NCBI GenBank assembly: GCA_000934665.2
Contig: JYFJ02001227.1
Span: 1-64,000, forward strand
DNA: 64,000 nucleotides
Direction: 5' to 3'
From: Catajapyx aquilonaris
Taxonomy: Eukaryota
Below the pieces are notes generated by a model. That model did no database searches and was not told the origin of the DNA. It saw only the letters and a program-made list of their open reading frames with translations. Below are positions 39,468 through 54,100 of the stretch, one piece after another. Position numbers and translations under genes: made by a program. How positions within the stretch are numbered: position 1 is the first letter of the stretch; the number at the start of each line of letters is the position of its first letter.

Positions 39468-41918
39468 TATACTGTATTTTTTAATCCAATATTTTGCCGC
39501 GATATTATATATTTTTCACCTACTCTTGTGTGATCATGCTCATTTAGTGCTGCATTTAACAAAGCAGTGCACACTATACCATAAGAGTGTTTAAATCTCC
39601 TGATGCTCACATAAGCTCTAACTTTATGTAGCTGCCGCATCGCTGGAGAGTATAATATCCTTGGATTATCTAGAGATGTTTTTTATCCTAAGTAGACTCC
39701 TTCGCATATGGAGAAGCAGATTAATTTTATAAACAACACGCCTAACTTGCTAAAGTGTCAAGATGAACCAGATCTACTGGCAAATATTTCACGCAAAATA
39801 TTATAGACTTTGGCCCGGATCGAATCGAAAGTCACAAATTTCGATCCTGTTTAGTCAAAACATCTACTTTAAATAAGGTGCAAAAAAGGGCCCTTGCCTC
39901 CCACATAGGCGACATGCTCCATTCTGTGCCCCTAACAAAGACCTTTCGAATGGTACACTGCTCGTTAGCGGAAGTACAACAGTTTTATTAAAAGCACCAC
40001 TTGCTCCCTGCTGAATTTTGTTTTAATTATCTTGGTTGCTTTATACCACCTCAGCTATTTTCAATCAACTGGTTGGTTCATAAAACAGCTATCCTTACCA
40101 GCATGTTATCATTAAGCTACCAAGTCGTAACACAGTTTCAGATCCTAAATATAGTGGCTGCTCTACAAAACAGTATGATATACCGGTATACAGTAGAATA
40201 GTGAATGTAACTAAAAAGATGTTTTATGTATCGGAACGCCTGGGAGCAAAACTGTGTAGAAATTGCTTTAAAATAAAAATACTAACTGACTAGAATATGT
40301 TGTGTTTATAATAGCTACACACTGATGAGTCACATTATCTGCAATGAAAAATTTCAAAATGTAAGGCAAAATATGTGTAAAAGGCGAGTTACAAACATTC
40401 CCGAAAGAAAGCTTTAAAATAGTATTTAACAATAAAGATGAAACATAGAATATCTATATCAAATGCACAGAAAAGTCTGCTCATAAAAGCTTCGGAATAG
40501 TTTTAATTTCTTGCTAATTAATTTGGGATGTACGAGTACACTGTAGATAGAATAATGTAAATAGGCTGTGTCAGCACGGATATTTTACTTTCCCAGTCAC
40601 TTCTGTAAGAGGTGAAAATAAAATATTAGAGCATGTTGTTTGGCTGAATAGTTTATTTTAATTTGAATGCATTTTTCACATGTGGGTTATATGTATGAGT
40701 ACGGTATATCACATGACTAGGATAACTATAAATTTAAACATTTAATGCTTTCACTAGAGGCTATTTTATGACAAATCTACCAAAATTAATTTTATAATCC
40801 TAAATTGATGCATCCCTATGAAGAATTTTCAACTCTATTGCTCTCCCTCTCCCACAATACGCGTAATATTGCCCTCTAAGCAACAGCAGGTCAATGTAAG
40901 AGAAAAATATGTCCAAAAAATAATTGTATGGTGTTCCTCTGCCCAAGTTAACTATTCGAGGAGGGGGGAAGAAGGTGGAGAGTTCTGGGCCACATTAGAT
41001 CTTCAGTCCAGACTCGGCACAAGGTTTAGGTCCTCCATTTCATGCGGCAGTCTACTTCGTTTACATCGCCAATGATGAATAATAATCCAATGATTATTCC
41101 CCTATCGTATAGTCAGCTTTGGCAGAGGAACACCCTGTGGAAAGAGTTAGCTACTTTACTCTGTATTAATGAAAAAGGCTTCCATTTTTTTTCTCTGAGA
41201 ACCCGAAACACAAAGATTCATGTCAATATTTCCGGAGTAACTGCTTCGTACTAAAATTCTGATAACAGAAGAAAAATGCATTTTAAATTCCGTATATCAT
41301 GACGCGCCATATTTACAGTATATTAGCGATAATGGCCCAAAAGGGTTTGCAATTATGCATGGTGTTCTATATTGATTCCGACAAACATACAATATTGCAT
41401 TCCTATTGCATTCCTATGAACCATGAAATTGTCCTGACCGGTCTCATTACTACTCCTCGTAACATAATTGGCTATTTATCATGTATAGTATAGCATATCC
41501 TAGAAGGTTTACACTCGACCACACATGGAGTACCGGTACAGTACAGTACGGATAAAAAACAACGCGTTCTCTGCTCGACTTGCCAGTATATTACGTACAC
41601 CTAGTACACTTGCAAACTCGGTATCTCGAACCACTTTCAGCGTGTCTGTTGTTTGCATTTGAATGGGAATTGTCACTGAGGGTGAGATTTTACTGCGTGC
41701 TTTCAATGTGTACACTACGAGGCGGAAGAACACTTTACACTGAGGATACATCACCACATCAGCCACCAGCATAATTTTAAGACGCGCTTTATGCGTGGTC
41801 TGATGCAACTCTTCCAGGATATGCTATACTAGGCGAAAAATATCTTGTTATTTCGGATGATAGGCCTACCTTACTTGACGTGATCCTCTGGTTCACAGGA
41901 ATGCAAACTTATACACTA

Positions 41919-42180
41919 CTAGAAGCGGAGCCCGTTATTCGCATGACCTGTTTACACTATAAGGAAACCAGTTGCCATAGAGACCGGTTTCATGGTAACC
42001 CATTGCTATGGAAACCCATTGCTATGGAAACTCATTGCTATGGAAACTCGTTGCCACGGAGACCGGTTGCTAGCGTAAGAGTGGCAGTCAGGGGGAAGGG
42101 TGGTAGGGGGAACGGGCGGTGGGGGACCGGGACACACAAACAAACAAACTTTGCCTTTTATACTATACCGGTATATAAGA
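41919..42180 (-). mobile_element. Non-autonomous Helitron-like element (~262 bp) with an internal 16-bp minisatellite
   Basis: On the minus strand it begins A|TCTTATATAC...AAAGTTTGTTTGTTTGTGTGTCC and ends ...CGGGCTCCGCTTCTAG|T. This gives 5' TC, 3' CTAG, insertion between A and T, no TSD and a (TTTG)n tract near the 5' end, as in arthropod non-autonomous Helitrons. The 3' hairpin is degenerate. Confidence 0.7.
41969..42079. repeat. Seven ~16-bp tandem units, consensus approximately CC(A/G)TTGC(T/C)ATGGAAAC
   Basis: Units: CAGTTGCCATAGAGAC, CGGTTTCATGGTAAC, CCATTGCTATGGAAAC x2, TCATTGCTATGGAAAC, TCGTTGCCACGGAGAC, CGGTTGCTAGCGTAAG. Confidence 0.9.
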
Positions 42181-45100
42181 TGTCGGTATCATTATGGACA
42201 CCACATACACAGGCTTATTTCAGTAATTAGCTTACTGATTAGCATTTCATACCCAAAAAGCAAAATACTGTATGTGCATGTAGCCTACGTACAGCGTCGC
42301 CAATAATTATTATGAGATCTTTTTCTATAATAAATTTAATATTTCAGTTTTTAACCTTGACATCTAGCCTACATCACCAATGACTATACTAGTAAACGGT
42401 ACCCTTGTCGATAAATTGAATGATAACGTAATTTAATCCGAGCCTCCCATAACTGCATCACAACCGCCAGCCTCCCTAAGTTTTATTCCCGACAATTCTC
42501 GCATGAAAATGCAATTGACGCAGAATGTCAAGGCCGCATTATGTCAACATGCCAATTAGCAGAAAATTGAACTTCACAGGAAAGATTCCATTGTGATGCA
42601 TCCATTAATTGGCTGATGATTTTCAACATGACTGACTCTCAACTGTCTTGTTAACAATAAACAACATTTGTATAACATATAAATCGACGGATTACAAATA
42701 CCATGTAACCCTCGACATTATTATCACATGATCAGTACTACACTGCATTTGCCTGAAAATGGCAGTGTTTTTAGAGGGTAGGAGGCTTGTGTACTGTATA
42801 TGTGTGTTATCAGAAAATAAAGGAGTTGGAGACATGATGGCCAAGCCAGGTCGACATTTTGATGCTGATGCCTGGAAGGATATGGATCCCCGGAAGTCTT
42901 CCTCGAGCGCTACTCCTCTCCCTTAATGTGCTTATAAATCGTGTATAGCTGGGCTTGGCAGGTTCTTTATGCAGCTTCCCTGTGGAAGATATTCATGTTC
43001 CCCCTTTCGCGAATTCCGGCATCTTAGAAGGGATCTGAAGACCATAAAGGTTTCTTAACTCTTAGATTCCCCTTTGGAAACTTATATCAACGTATATGTG
43101 TTTATATATCAGCACACGAAAGAGCATGCACGACAATTTTATATTGAATATTGTTGATATGATATTTTACTAGGCTAAGAGAGTCTACAAAGACATTACA
43201 GCCGATATGTGGAGGCAAATTATTTTTTGTTATTATTTGGTTTGATAGATACCTATAGAAATAGGTCAGAACCATTGCAAATATTGGATGGTTACCTCTA
43301 ACCAACACTTTAACTTTAACTAACACTTTAAAAACTGAAAAGGTCAAGGAAGATGCTGAACTGGGAGAAATTGGAAGGCATTTCTGATGCTAAGTAGATT
43401 CTTATATTCGAGCGAAGGGTAATCGTCCACGTCATTCGCCTCGAAAAACCCATCTCTAATTTGACTAACAAAAATGGAGACCACCCTCTGATCCAGATTT
43501 TCAATTCGTCAGTTCAAAGGTGATATCCTTGACTCCATCCACAAGAGTTCTTGGGTAGTTTTGGGCAGGGGAGAAAGGATGGCGGTACCCTTTCTTCATT
43601 ATTTTGCACTGCGCAGTTCCTGGTCAGGATCACTTTATAAAATGTCCCGGATAATAAATCAGGAGTAATAATGTCATTCAGGCCGCAAATCCCGTCAATG
43701 ACGCACTGATGGATGTTGCCACCTGGCTCCCACAATATTAGTAAAAGCCCGGGTTTTATTTGACAGGCCGGCGAAGCATTCTTGACATTCTCCCCCTCCT
43801 TCTCGCCTGGAGCCACACTTTTTCTCACTTTTTATTGTCCCTCTCCCCTACCCATTTGCAGAAGGATCTCTTACAAACTGCAGCCATTGTTGAATCTCCG
43901 ACAGGGATGGGGAGGGTGGGAAATAAAAGCGGAGATCAAACGCTCCACTTCAAGCCTGTAGGATGCCAATGGAATTGATCCGGGAGGTTCATTACAGGAC
44001 CCAGGCCAAGAGACAACCCGATTGTTGGGACACTTTCCAAGTCAGACCCCTTGGGTCTGATAAAAACGCGCGGGTATAGTCGAATGGGACAGGGTGGGGG
44101 AAGGAGTCGAGGGAAGGGAGCTAGGGGGAAATATCGGAGAAAGGAGGGCACGAGGTTGCCATCCAGGTTGGAATCATCAGCAACATGATTCTCCGGCCCT
44201 TTCGTTGTTTCGGAAGAACGTGTCTTGAGGAGCGTGAAACATTGCCTGCCATGTTGGAATTTGTGATGGCGTTCGCAGGACGCTTTTCCAAGTCACGTGA
44301 CTTCGCTTGAGTGGTTGAGCGAGTCTCTCTGCTCGATGCAACGGGTCGGCATACTTGGAAAACTTGACTGGCCCAAAAACCCTGCTCTCTGTCACTTTCA
44401 GGGGACAAACAACTGGCGCCTTTTGAGAGTTGCAATCCAGGGTTATATATGAACTTAGTCGCAAAGGTGGCTAATCTCACTTGAAACTTAGGGAGACGCC
44501 TCCGGTAATAGATTAACGAGGCAATTCATGTAAACGATCTTGGAGATTGTTTTATCAAGGAAGTTGGCCTACTTTGGCACTCTATGTGTGCGACTGTGAG
44601 CTCTCATCATATGGTTCAAATTGAAGGGTAGACTTAATCTCTACAGAGTCAGATATTTGACGAACGTGTCAGACACACTGCGCGTCATTAGCCCTTTAAG
44701 TTTCCTATTTGTGAACGAACCTGGTGACGTACAGTAACTCTTACTACGCAGTTCTTTGAGATTGCCTTCATTAGGAGAATCTGGTAAAGCAGTAATAAAA
44801 TAAATGACGGAATGTCTCATTAATAGGGGCTTTATTCAATAAAATTTTGAACGGAGTAACTATGCAGTGTTGAAAACTTCTTCAATATTACTGTATTAAA
44901 CAATTACATCAGCCACTTGAAATAATTTTTACGTTGAATATAATTATCTCAAAGGTTTGTCATTTACTTTGGCACATTATATATTTTGCATCTCATTTTG
45001 TACAAGGAATATAATTTTTTATATATAAAAACATGGTAACTGCCGATGACAAATCCCAGAGTAAAAAGGCTGGCTTGAGGCATCTTTGCCTTAAGTGGAC

Positions 45101-48100
45101 TGCAACCTGAGGAATCAGCTCACAGATTATCTGAACATGCTATATATGGAAGAAATCAATCTCCTCTGCACTGATAGATCGTAAAGAGGTGACGTCCTCC
45201 GCCAATTTTTCTTTACTTCGGCCTGTCCGCTATCCTTGATCTCAATACATCTGCAGTAGGAAAACTCCTTCCATATTGGAATTCCAAACTATTTTGCGTA
45301 TTAAACAAAATGACGAATGGTTCTTTATGGCCTGAATTAGCTTCATAATTAAATGCTTACAAGTCGTCAGAATAAAGTTTTAAAAATAACTCAGCCGGGA
45401 AAACTCGCTGGAAATTCTTTGAACACTCTAAACGAAAACATTTAAAAGCCTATTGGCCAAAAATATTGTGTTTCAGAATTGAATTCACATCTGTATCAGC
45501 AAACTCTCGCCCACGCATATTTCCCCTCTTTCCTGCCATCTCAACTTGACGTGTAATGACGTCTGGGACTGCTTGACATACACCGTTGGACAGCCCAATT
45601 AGTAGGATTTCCAGCGTCTAGGTATTACCGGTACTACACAAAAAACTTGTACTTGAATCCATCGATGCGAATGTGAGCTCAATTATTTAATAACACACGG
45701 TACTGTACTCACTGTATAAGGTCATTTTTAAAAGTGTGCCCTGCACGTTGCAACTACCTTCTTCGCATACCTCGCTTGCAGCAAGTGAGTTTGATGCAGG
45801 TAGTCACATTCACTGCAGACTATTAACAAAACCACGAGTGTCCGCAATAATATTTGGTCCATATAGTAGGTCTCAAGGTAGGTCTATACATTCATTGTAC
45901 TATAATCCCAAACTTTACCTGTGAAAACAACACTGAATGATATGTTGTGTGTTCTGTTGAGACATCAGGGTTGACAGAAAGGTTGTGCCCATCAGGTCTA
46001 CCGTAAAAGGGAGCAGTACCGTCCCCTTTTGGCTTAAAAAGTAAAGTGAAGTAATTTTTACTGTAGGAACACTCATTCAGATATAAATGAGAACATCATG
46101 GGATATATCTTACTGATATCGTGGGCCAAGGAGACAATATGAGAAAGTGATGGGTATTGGACAAGAAAGCAAACTGCATTTTTCTATAGCAAACAGTAGT
46201 TCTTTTTTTCTGCGAAAAAAGTGTATGAAGAAATTCCAGAGCAGAGTGAGATATACTCCCAGCATGTTTCATCCGAGTGTACCTGCATTTTTTTTACGAA
46301 GGTGATAGCTGCTCTGACCAGCACAACCCATTTCTTGCCCGAAGCCCTCCGACGAGATTGGACGTCGTAAAATGTGGAATAATGGGATTTTTCACGCTCA
46401 CTGAATGTATCTTGCTTGTATCAGGTCAGGCTATGCAGATTTGAGGTTTTGCTATACCTCGAGGATGGAAAGCACGCTTGCACCTCTCTCCAAAATGATC
46501 TCAATGACACAAATATTTTTTGTTCTGTAAACTTATAAGTAGTTACAGTAGTATAAGTAGATGCAGCAACTCGGCTGCAATCATTCGTCGTCAAAAGAAA
46601 ATCCATCCAGCTGGAAAAGATTGATAAATCAATGCAAAACACTACCAGTTTCAGGAAAGGACAGAACTCGGCAAACGCTTTTAAGCTTTCTATGCCATCA
46701 TAATATTTACCAGTAAGAGTTTTAGGCTCACAAAAAATTGCGATTTTATACATGCACTACATGGCACATTATTCACACCACTGTGCTAAAACTCAAATTT
46801 GACAACTTGGCACGGATTTGACTTCCGATTTTTTTTATTACCAAATGGAGAAATCACCTCTCTCCAACCCTGCTGGTTTTTCTCTGCCCCTTGGCTTATT
46901 GCACGCTCCAACGACTTGACAAGTGTGTAATGACACCCTTCATTTTCGTTGCGGGCAGAGTTGCCCCTCCATCCTCACCCTTCCCCCTTTCCCCCTCTAT
47001 ATGTAAGAGGCTGCAGATCCGGAGCCATGATGGATGCAACTCTGTATCCGAACAGAATGTGCTCTTCGGCATAGCCTGCATCAATCTCGAAACCGAAAAG
47101 TGCATATGGGTTCACAGACGTATGGATGTCACCAGTTTTATTGCTGATTTTTAACATTGCTGCAGGTCGTGACGAGTAAAATCGATGTGGTTCCTACCAA
47201 TTCTGACCCTCTCGTAAAAGGAAGTCGAAAACGTGTATATCTGAATAGAGACATAGTGCGAATCCCCTTACACAGGGCGTATACCTAAATGTATATCAAT
47301 CTCAGTTTCTCTCTTTCCCTGAGGGTTTCTAGACCTTCTTCACAGAGGTTTTAGCAATCTCACAACTTTCGGCCTTTTTTTCCCCCTCCAGCCCCCATAG
47401 GAGATAGAGACCTTTTTGCGCACAAGAGATGCAGATCTAGGAGACGGACATTGACCGGGCGAATTCCATGCTTGGCTGCTTCGTCGCCACATCAAAAGAG
47501 GACGCGGGTAACGAACGAACTGTATGGTGGCAGGGAGGGGCAAGGGGCATTTTGCACCATGCCCCATATTTGGAAAGGATCATTCAGGCTTACTTAGCTG
47601 ACCTGGATAGTCTCCAAATGATTAGCACTGTGTAGATGGTGGAAGAGGAATGGCCAACCCAACCCTGGCCTATCTATACAATTGGAGTCATCAATAAGAC
47701 TGCGCAAAGAAGCACGGCTATCATTATAGCACAAGTTCGACTTTAGAAAAGGCTTCCAGTCGCTTCAGTTTTCCGAAACTATTTATGTAGGTTAACTGCA
47801 GCACCTACAGTAGCACAGTATGTCATTCAGTATCAAAGAAAGAAAACTGAAATTATGTCAATTGCAAGTTCCTTACATTGTGAGCTATTCGTTGTTTGTA
47901 AACATTAAACATTGAGTACTGGTACAGTCGTTTCAATTAAACGTAATAGGCGTTGTGTGATTTTTAAGAACGTCTCAACATCTGGCGAGCTTTTAGTGGA
48001 AGTCTTTGCAAACAGAAGACACGTGAAGATAATCCGTAACAATCACCAGAGTAAATGCCAGATTATCCACTCCTACAAAAGCGGTTCGTATTGAGTTCAC

Positions 48101-49837
48101 CACAGAAGGAAACAATGCGAAGAACCAACAATGACGTAGTCTTCACGCCAGGGACTAAAATCAAACACCAGACCTGCACCAGACTGTTTCTTGCACCAAG
48201 CAAGGTCATTTACAAGATATACAGTAATGTTTCTCTAAGGCATAACAGGCAAAATATCAATATACCGTATAATATATTGCGACATCAAATGTTAACCAAC
48301 ATTACAAGAGTAGTTAAGTGGTCTTTTACAGTGCCTCATAAAATTAGTCATCAGTGAAGAGCAAAACCGGTGGATTTCGGTCTCTATAACACTGACTTGT
48401 GTTGTGAGAGAGGCACTTCTGCGCTATAACTGTTACAACCTTATTTCCAGTTAGAATTTAAATGTCCCGTGCCATAATAATTACATTATTTGTCCAAATA
48501 ATAATAATCAAGGAGAGAATGTACTTATTGGAAAGATTGTTGGGGAAATAATTTCGGAATAGTATGTCATATTTTTCTGGGGGGAATTGCATGTTGCGGT
48601 CTTTTATGCAAGTTGGCATCTTGTGAAGGACACTGGGAAAATTCATGTAGGACTGTGCCCAAGGTAGACAGCTGGTGCCAAGTCTCTGTTGCAGTGTTTT
48701 TCGTAAATGGTCAACAGAAAAGTAGACCACATTAAGCCTGGTACAATGATCAATTCATCACTAAAATTCAGAAGTTTCTAAAACTGTGTCATGCCAGCCA
48801 GAAAGGGCCTTATACTCGTGAGTTTTTGGCGCGTTCCATTCTGAGTTGCCCTGTTTCTTTATGGCATAAGATAAATATCAGGACACACTTTTTAAGCCTA
48901 ATTTTTGAAAACTTGCCAATGTGGCCCTGCTGTACCACATGAATGCTGCTCTTACATCAGTGAAAATGACATGATATTTCTCGGGTCGATCTTGAAGTAA
49001 CTCATATTTGTTGACCTAAAACTTGAAACTCAGACTTAAATCATTTTGTTTACACGATTTTTCTTCTACCAAGTCAATCTGTATCCAACCCCATTACATC
49101 TTCCATTCGCACATAACTCGACAAAGCCTGGAGAAATCTGGCTGTCAGATCCACAAACAACGTCTCACCTCTAGCCGAAATCGGATCCGACCAACTCGCC
49201 TGGAGAGAGCACCGGGTGTTCCATAACACAAAATTGCTCAATTCATCTCCCCCACCTTTTGTTCACGACCTGCGGGACCTTGGCTCTGACAAAGGAAGAA
49301 AGCCGAAGCGAAACAATGTGGTCAATCCTAGAGCAGAGCTGGTGCGCAATCCATTTGCGTAATAGGAGTCGACAAAAAGTCCTCATGTGACAGTGTCGCC
49401 CACGAAGAAAAAGGTGTCAGCCGGCGGTGACAGGCAGGTTTTTGAAAAGCATTTCTCGGCAACGGAAAAGATGTTGCGATAGCACCGCACCCAAAGCGTC
49501 TAAGAGCTCCGGAAGTATCCACTCCACCTGAGGCGTACACTGCGGTTGATCTACTTGGAATTGTGTGGACCAAGTTCCGATTTTCTTTTCTCAACCTGCC
49601 GCATTTTCAGAAGGAGCAGGAGGAATAATGGGAAAACGAAGCAAGTGTTCTTTTTCCCTGCAAAATCATCTAGAGGGTTCTGTTTACTCAGATAGTGCTT
49701 GGGCGATAACTGAATTATAGGAAGGTTTTGCACATAGCGTGTGTGCTTTTTGTGGGATGTTTGGTTTGTTAGGTGGAGTTGGGCTTCCTAGGTGTGTTTG
49801 TTGTGCAACTGAATGAGCTCCTGCTTGTGACAAATAA

Positions 49838-51142
49838 CACAGGCATGCGATGAAATTCTTTTCTCGAAAGTGAGAGGTGTTTCTTATGTATTTTCTAATG
49901 CTGATTTCGGGGAAAATACGCAAAATCTTCTATCACCCACAGTTTTTGACATATATCGTTTTAAAACTTTGAACGAATCAAGTGGGCCGAAACGTTGCTA
50001 GACCGTCTCGTATCTTGGCCAAAATAATCGCAGATGTACTCAACTATTCCTTACTGCTGCTTATAAAATTTACCGGCGCCATATTGCGCAATACCACGAC
50101 GAGGAAAAAAATTTGCAAAAATCTGGAAATGACTGAAAATTAGGCCTTTTTGGTAGAATTTTTTTCGGTTAGTGGAAGTGATCAGAACCCAATGAACATA
50201 TACGGTACATCAAAAGAAAGGGAAACACCAGGAAAATGCGTCGCTGGAGTTAGTTTTCCTCTAAAATGCAAACATAAATTTCTATAGCATTTCATTGGTC
50301 TCAGTCACCTCAGGACCTCAGTCACATGCCCAAGAATATATTGTGACCTCAACAATTAGTGATGTGTTTGCGTTACATCAGTCATATTTAGTGACACTAG
50401 TTGTGACTGACACGAGGTTCAGTATGTTAAGTTAGAGGCCTTGGTCATGCATGGTTCGCGAGAAAATAATATATTATAATATATATTATAGGCTAATATA
50501 TATCAGAGGCCTGCAATGAAATTTTTTTCTTCAAGGTGAGAAGTGTTTCTTATGTATTTTTTGATGCTGATTTCGGGGGAAATACGCAAAAACTTCTATC
50601 ACGTACAGTTTCGACACAAATCGAGAATTTCTGTCTGGTTGCCTACATACTGGGCGCGCTGCTATAAAAATGTGTCAAACCAATATTTGGCATAGAAAAA
50701 TAGATATTTCAGGTCAACGACGATAAATTGAAACATAGAAAGTAGAAAAATGTTAAAATGTTAAAATTTAATTTATAACCTCTAATGTGGCAACACCTGA
50801 ACCACGCGGTAGGAGGTGCATAGAAAACATTTTTTCCACGAGTACCTGTAAGTACCTACTCATGCCATCTATTTCATCTTGAAGGAGATGGCCGTGGCTT
50901 TGTAACCTATTTTTTTCTCAAACCTACTCATCCCCCACCTAGGCCTGAACCAAAGGCTTTTTTACTCTGCTATATATACTCCTCTGTGTGATTTTCCTGA
51001 ATCTTTATCCTCACTTTTTGTGGAAAAACCTGACGTGATAGAGGAAAAAGTTCGGCATTTCTGAACTCAGCGTATTGAAATACATTAGAAACGCATAAAA
51101 CTGTGCAGAAAAAATAAAAACGTATTATTTCGCAGGCCTGTG
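49838..51142. mobile_element. Non-autonomous Chapaev3-like (CMC superfamily) DNA transposon with a second internal left end
   Basis: TAA|CACAGGCATGCGA...TCGCAGGCCTGTG|TAA gives CAC/GTG termini and a 3-bp TAA duplication. The subterminal block GTTTCTTATGTATTTT.T.ATGCTGATTTCGGG..AAATACGCAAAA..CTTCTATCAC occurs near 49880 and 50545, with a diverged inverted copy near 51033-51090. Confidence 0.7.
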
Positions 51143-54100
51143 TAATTAGACGTGACTTATTAAATAAGTTAATTTACAGGTGGTCTGATAATGTCAAACT
51201 GGTTCACGGAATTTATTTGGCTGCTCAAGTTATCAAAGCATGCAGAATTGTATGGAATCTCAAAGACCTGTGCGACATACTTTGCACCGATAACGCCTCA
51301 AATCTAAATGAAGAGTATGAATTCACAAATGAAGCAGCTGAGAGGCTTTGCTTGTTGTCTAAAGCTATTAAACAAATTGCATAACATAATTATATCCTCA
51401 GTGTAAGGTTGTTTTTAACCAAACCGAGATATGCCTGACGTCCTATATATAGGACCCTTGCACAGTTGTTAGATAGCCATCGGTTCAATCCGGATTTGAG
51501 TTGGTTTCAGATACGTTGCGTAATAAAAGTTATGTGAAAAAAACTATTTTACGATTGGAGATTCAAAAGCCATTCTAAGTCCTGCAGACACTTGTTGAGC
51601 ACAAAACTATCCCAGATCCATTTATCCAGTTACGTAACCTTGCCTGGATGTTACTGCACAGGCACGTACTACATAAAAGAACTCAGTATAGGAATTTCTA
51701 AAGGTCTGTCAACAGATATCCAATATCCAGTTTTATTTGCCCAGAAATCTAAGAATATGAAAAGCAAATACTCTATACGTTACATAACAAAACCCAAATC
51801 CTGAACACGAATAAAGTGACATGACAGACGTCACACAACCATTATTTTTCAACCTTCCTTGTGTCAGCAAGTAACCATCTCTCCTTGCACCACAAAGAGC
51901 ACAAACCCAACATGGGAATGAAGTCAAAACGGCATTCACAGTCTCGCTTTTCACAAAATCGAATCATACTACGTGACTTTTCCGGACTTCTCACTGTAGC
52001 ATTCACACCATGGAAAAGAAGCCTGAGAGATAGTAGGGGAGGAAAAGGTCATACTGAAACGCAAAAATATGCCCTCTGAATTTTTTGGAAAGATAGTCTT
52101 CCTATTGTTAAGACCCAGAGACGTGCCAGGGTTTGCTCAGGTAATCTTTTTTCCCGCGCATGATTCCCTCCACCATCCCCCTGCCCTCCCACCTTTCCGG
52201 ATCGAGTCCGGTGAGAGCCATCATTTTATATTCAGGTCTGCATCCGGAAAATCGCCTAATATAGTCCCCCATCGTTGTCATGGTGTGTATATATAAAAAA
52301 AGAAGAGAAAAGAGGTGGAAGAGAGGGGATATTGCCAGCAAATCAAATTGATTTGCTGGAGTTGGCAGTAATTGGTAAGGCTGGTCACCTCGACCTGACC
52401 TCTAGCACCCTCATCAACTTGTTTGCGATGTGTAGTGGTTGAATAAACTCTGGGAGAAGGAGGGAAAAAAAAGAAGGTCGGAGGCTAATCAAGACAACAA
52501 TGCAAGGGGCTTCGTGGAGAATAACGACATCAGATGGGGAAGGAGGTTGAACGAACTCTATAACAACTCAATAGGCTGCATTGCGCAGTTGTTTTGGTTC
52601 AGGACTTCTTGTTCGTCGTGTGTTTTTTTTTCATTGCAGATGTCCATAAGAAGTCAATTTCAGGTCAATTATGGCTAGAAAACAGAAGCTATAGAAATGC
52701 TGGGTTGGGAAACTACTCAATCTAAGTTGTTGCTGTAAGACACATGACTGTATGCGTTGGGTCGTGTCCGAGGCGAATATTTTGTAACAGACTGGAAAGA
52801 ACTTTTATGTAACGTAGGCTATATAAGAACGTCGATCTCCTTTCTTTGGAGACAGACGGCGGGAAACAGGATATTAGATATATTAGGAATTGCGGATGCG
52901 TGATATAGACGACCTTTTGCTATCGCTGAAGGTGTGGAAGTAGGAAATTGAGTAACTGTGCGCTTTATTCTCGCGACAACTAAAACAGGATTATCAGAGA
53001 GACCAATGCGGATGCAATGATTGTTTCGCTGATGGAAGAGTCCATGGTCGAGCTTAGATTGAGGAAACTATGGGTACTCCGTGATCAATTGAAGGCTAGA
53101 ATCATTTCATAAATATGAATGAACTGGATGTAAAAAAAAACTGGTTGTTACTGTAGGACGTAGCCTCCAGTAAATCCAATCCAGAGTAATAAATTAACGA
53201 TAAGAATCGGGTAGGGCATATACATATCCGGAGCTCCAGTACCGTATAGCATTGTCACCACGTATGCGTTGACACTGATTTGCATATTTGGCAGCTTGTT
53301 CAGCCCTAGTTGGAACGCGCTCTATATTCGGGATAAATCGTTCCACGCAAACTTCACTTGCCCTATTTTTCGGGACGTGAATTCGTAGGGGCATTGAAAC
53401 CCTTGCCAAAATGTTGTTTTGGCATCCTTGTCTGATGCTTGAAAGCAAACCGTCCTAAACTTTGATAGCCGCGACTTTAATATGTACCAAGTTACAGCTT
53501 TTGGAAGTAATGAGATTGTTGCTTACGGGAGGCTAGGTTAGTGTAGGCTACAAGTATTGCTTTCATCTCTAGCGTTACCAATCTGAGATGACTTGGTCAT
53601 GAACCCGCTGTGGCAACAACAGCCTCTTGCAGTAATGAAGACCTGTAAATAAGAACCCTAACTCTGAGGCAGCTGTCAAACTATCCAACCCTAAATCAGG
53701 CAAAGCTAATATTGATTTGTGCCCTTTACTCTCCACAAAATTAGCTACACACATTAGAGGTGTGCGGTTTTGCTAAAAAAATTGTCGAAGTTGTTGTGGG
53801 TAATCAGTGGCGTATTAGACAATGCCAAAGGGATTCTAATCGTAATATTGACATTTGAATGAAAAGTTTATGGACAAAATTAAGTTATTAGAAAAATTTG
53901 GGGAAAAAGACCTTTCAGACGATAATATTGATGTAAGCTTAAGAAAAAGTGTGGAAGCAATTGTACTTACACATCTTACTTTTTATGGATCTACTCAAAT
54001 GTAGATATTTTTTGTTGGAACACCCTGTACAGACTGATCGATAAAACTTACGGATCTGCACTGTGACTACATGGCAACGTCCTTTTTGCTCTGGACAGCT

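Noticed and set aside
41969..42079. Tandem array considered as CRISPR-like
   Set aside because: The units are contiguous with no unique spacers, and there are no cas genes; it is a minisatellite.
51440..51455. Perfect 16-bp palindrome GTCCTATATATAGGAC (contains a MEF2-like CTATATATAG)
   Set aside because: An isolated short motif with no supporting context.
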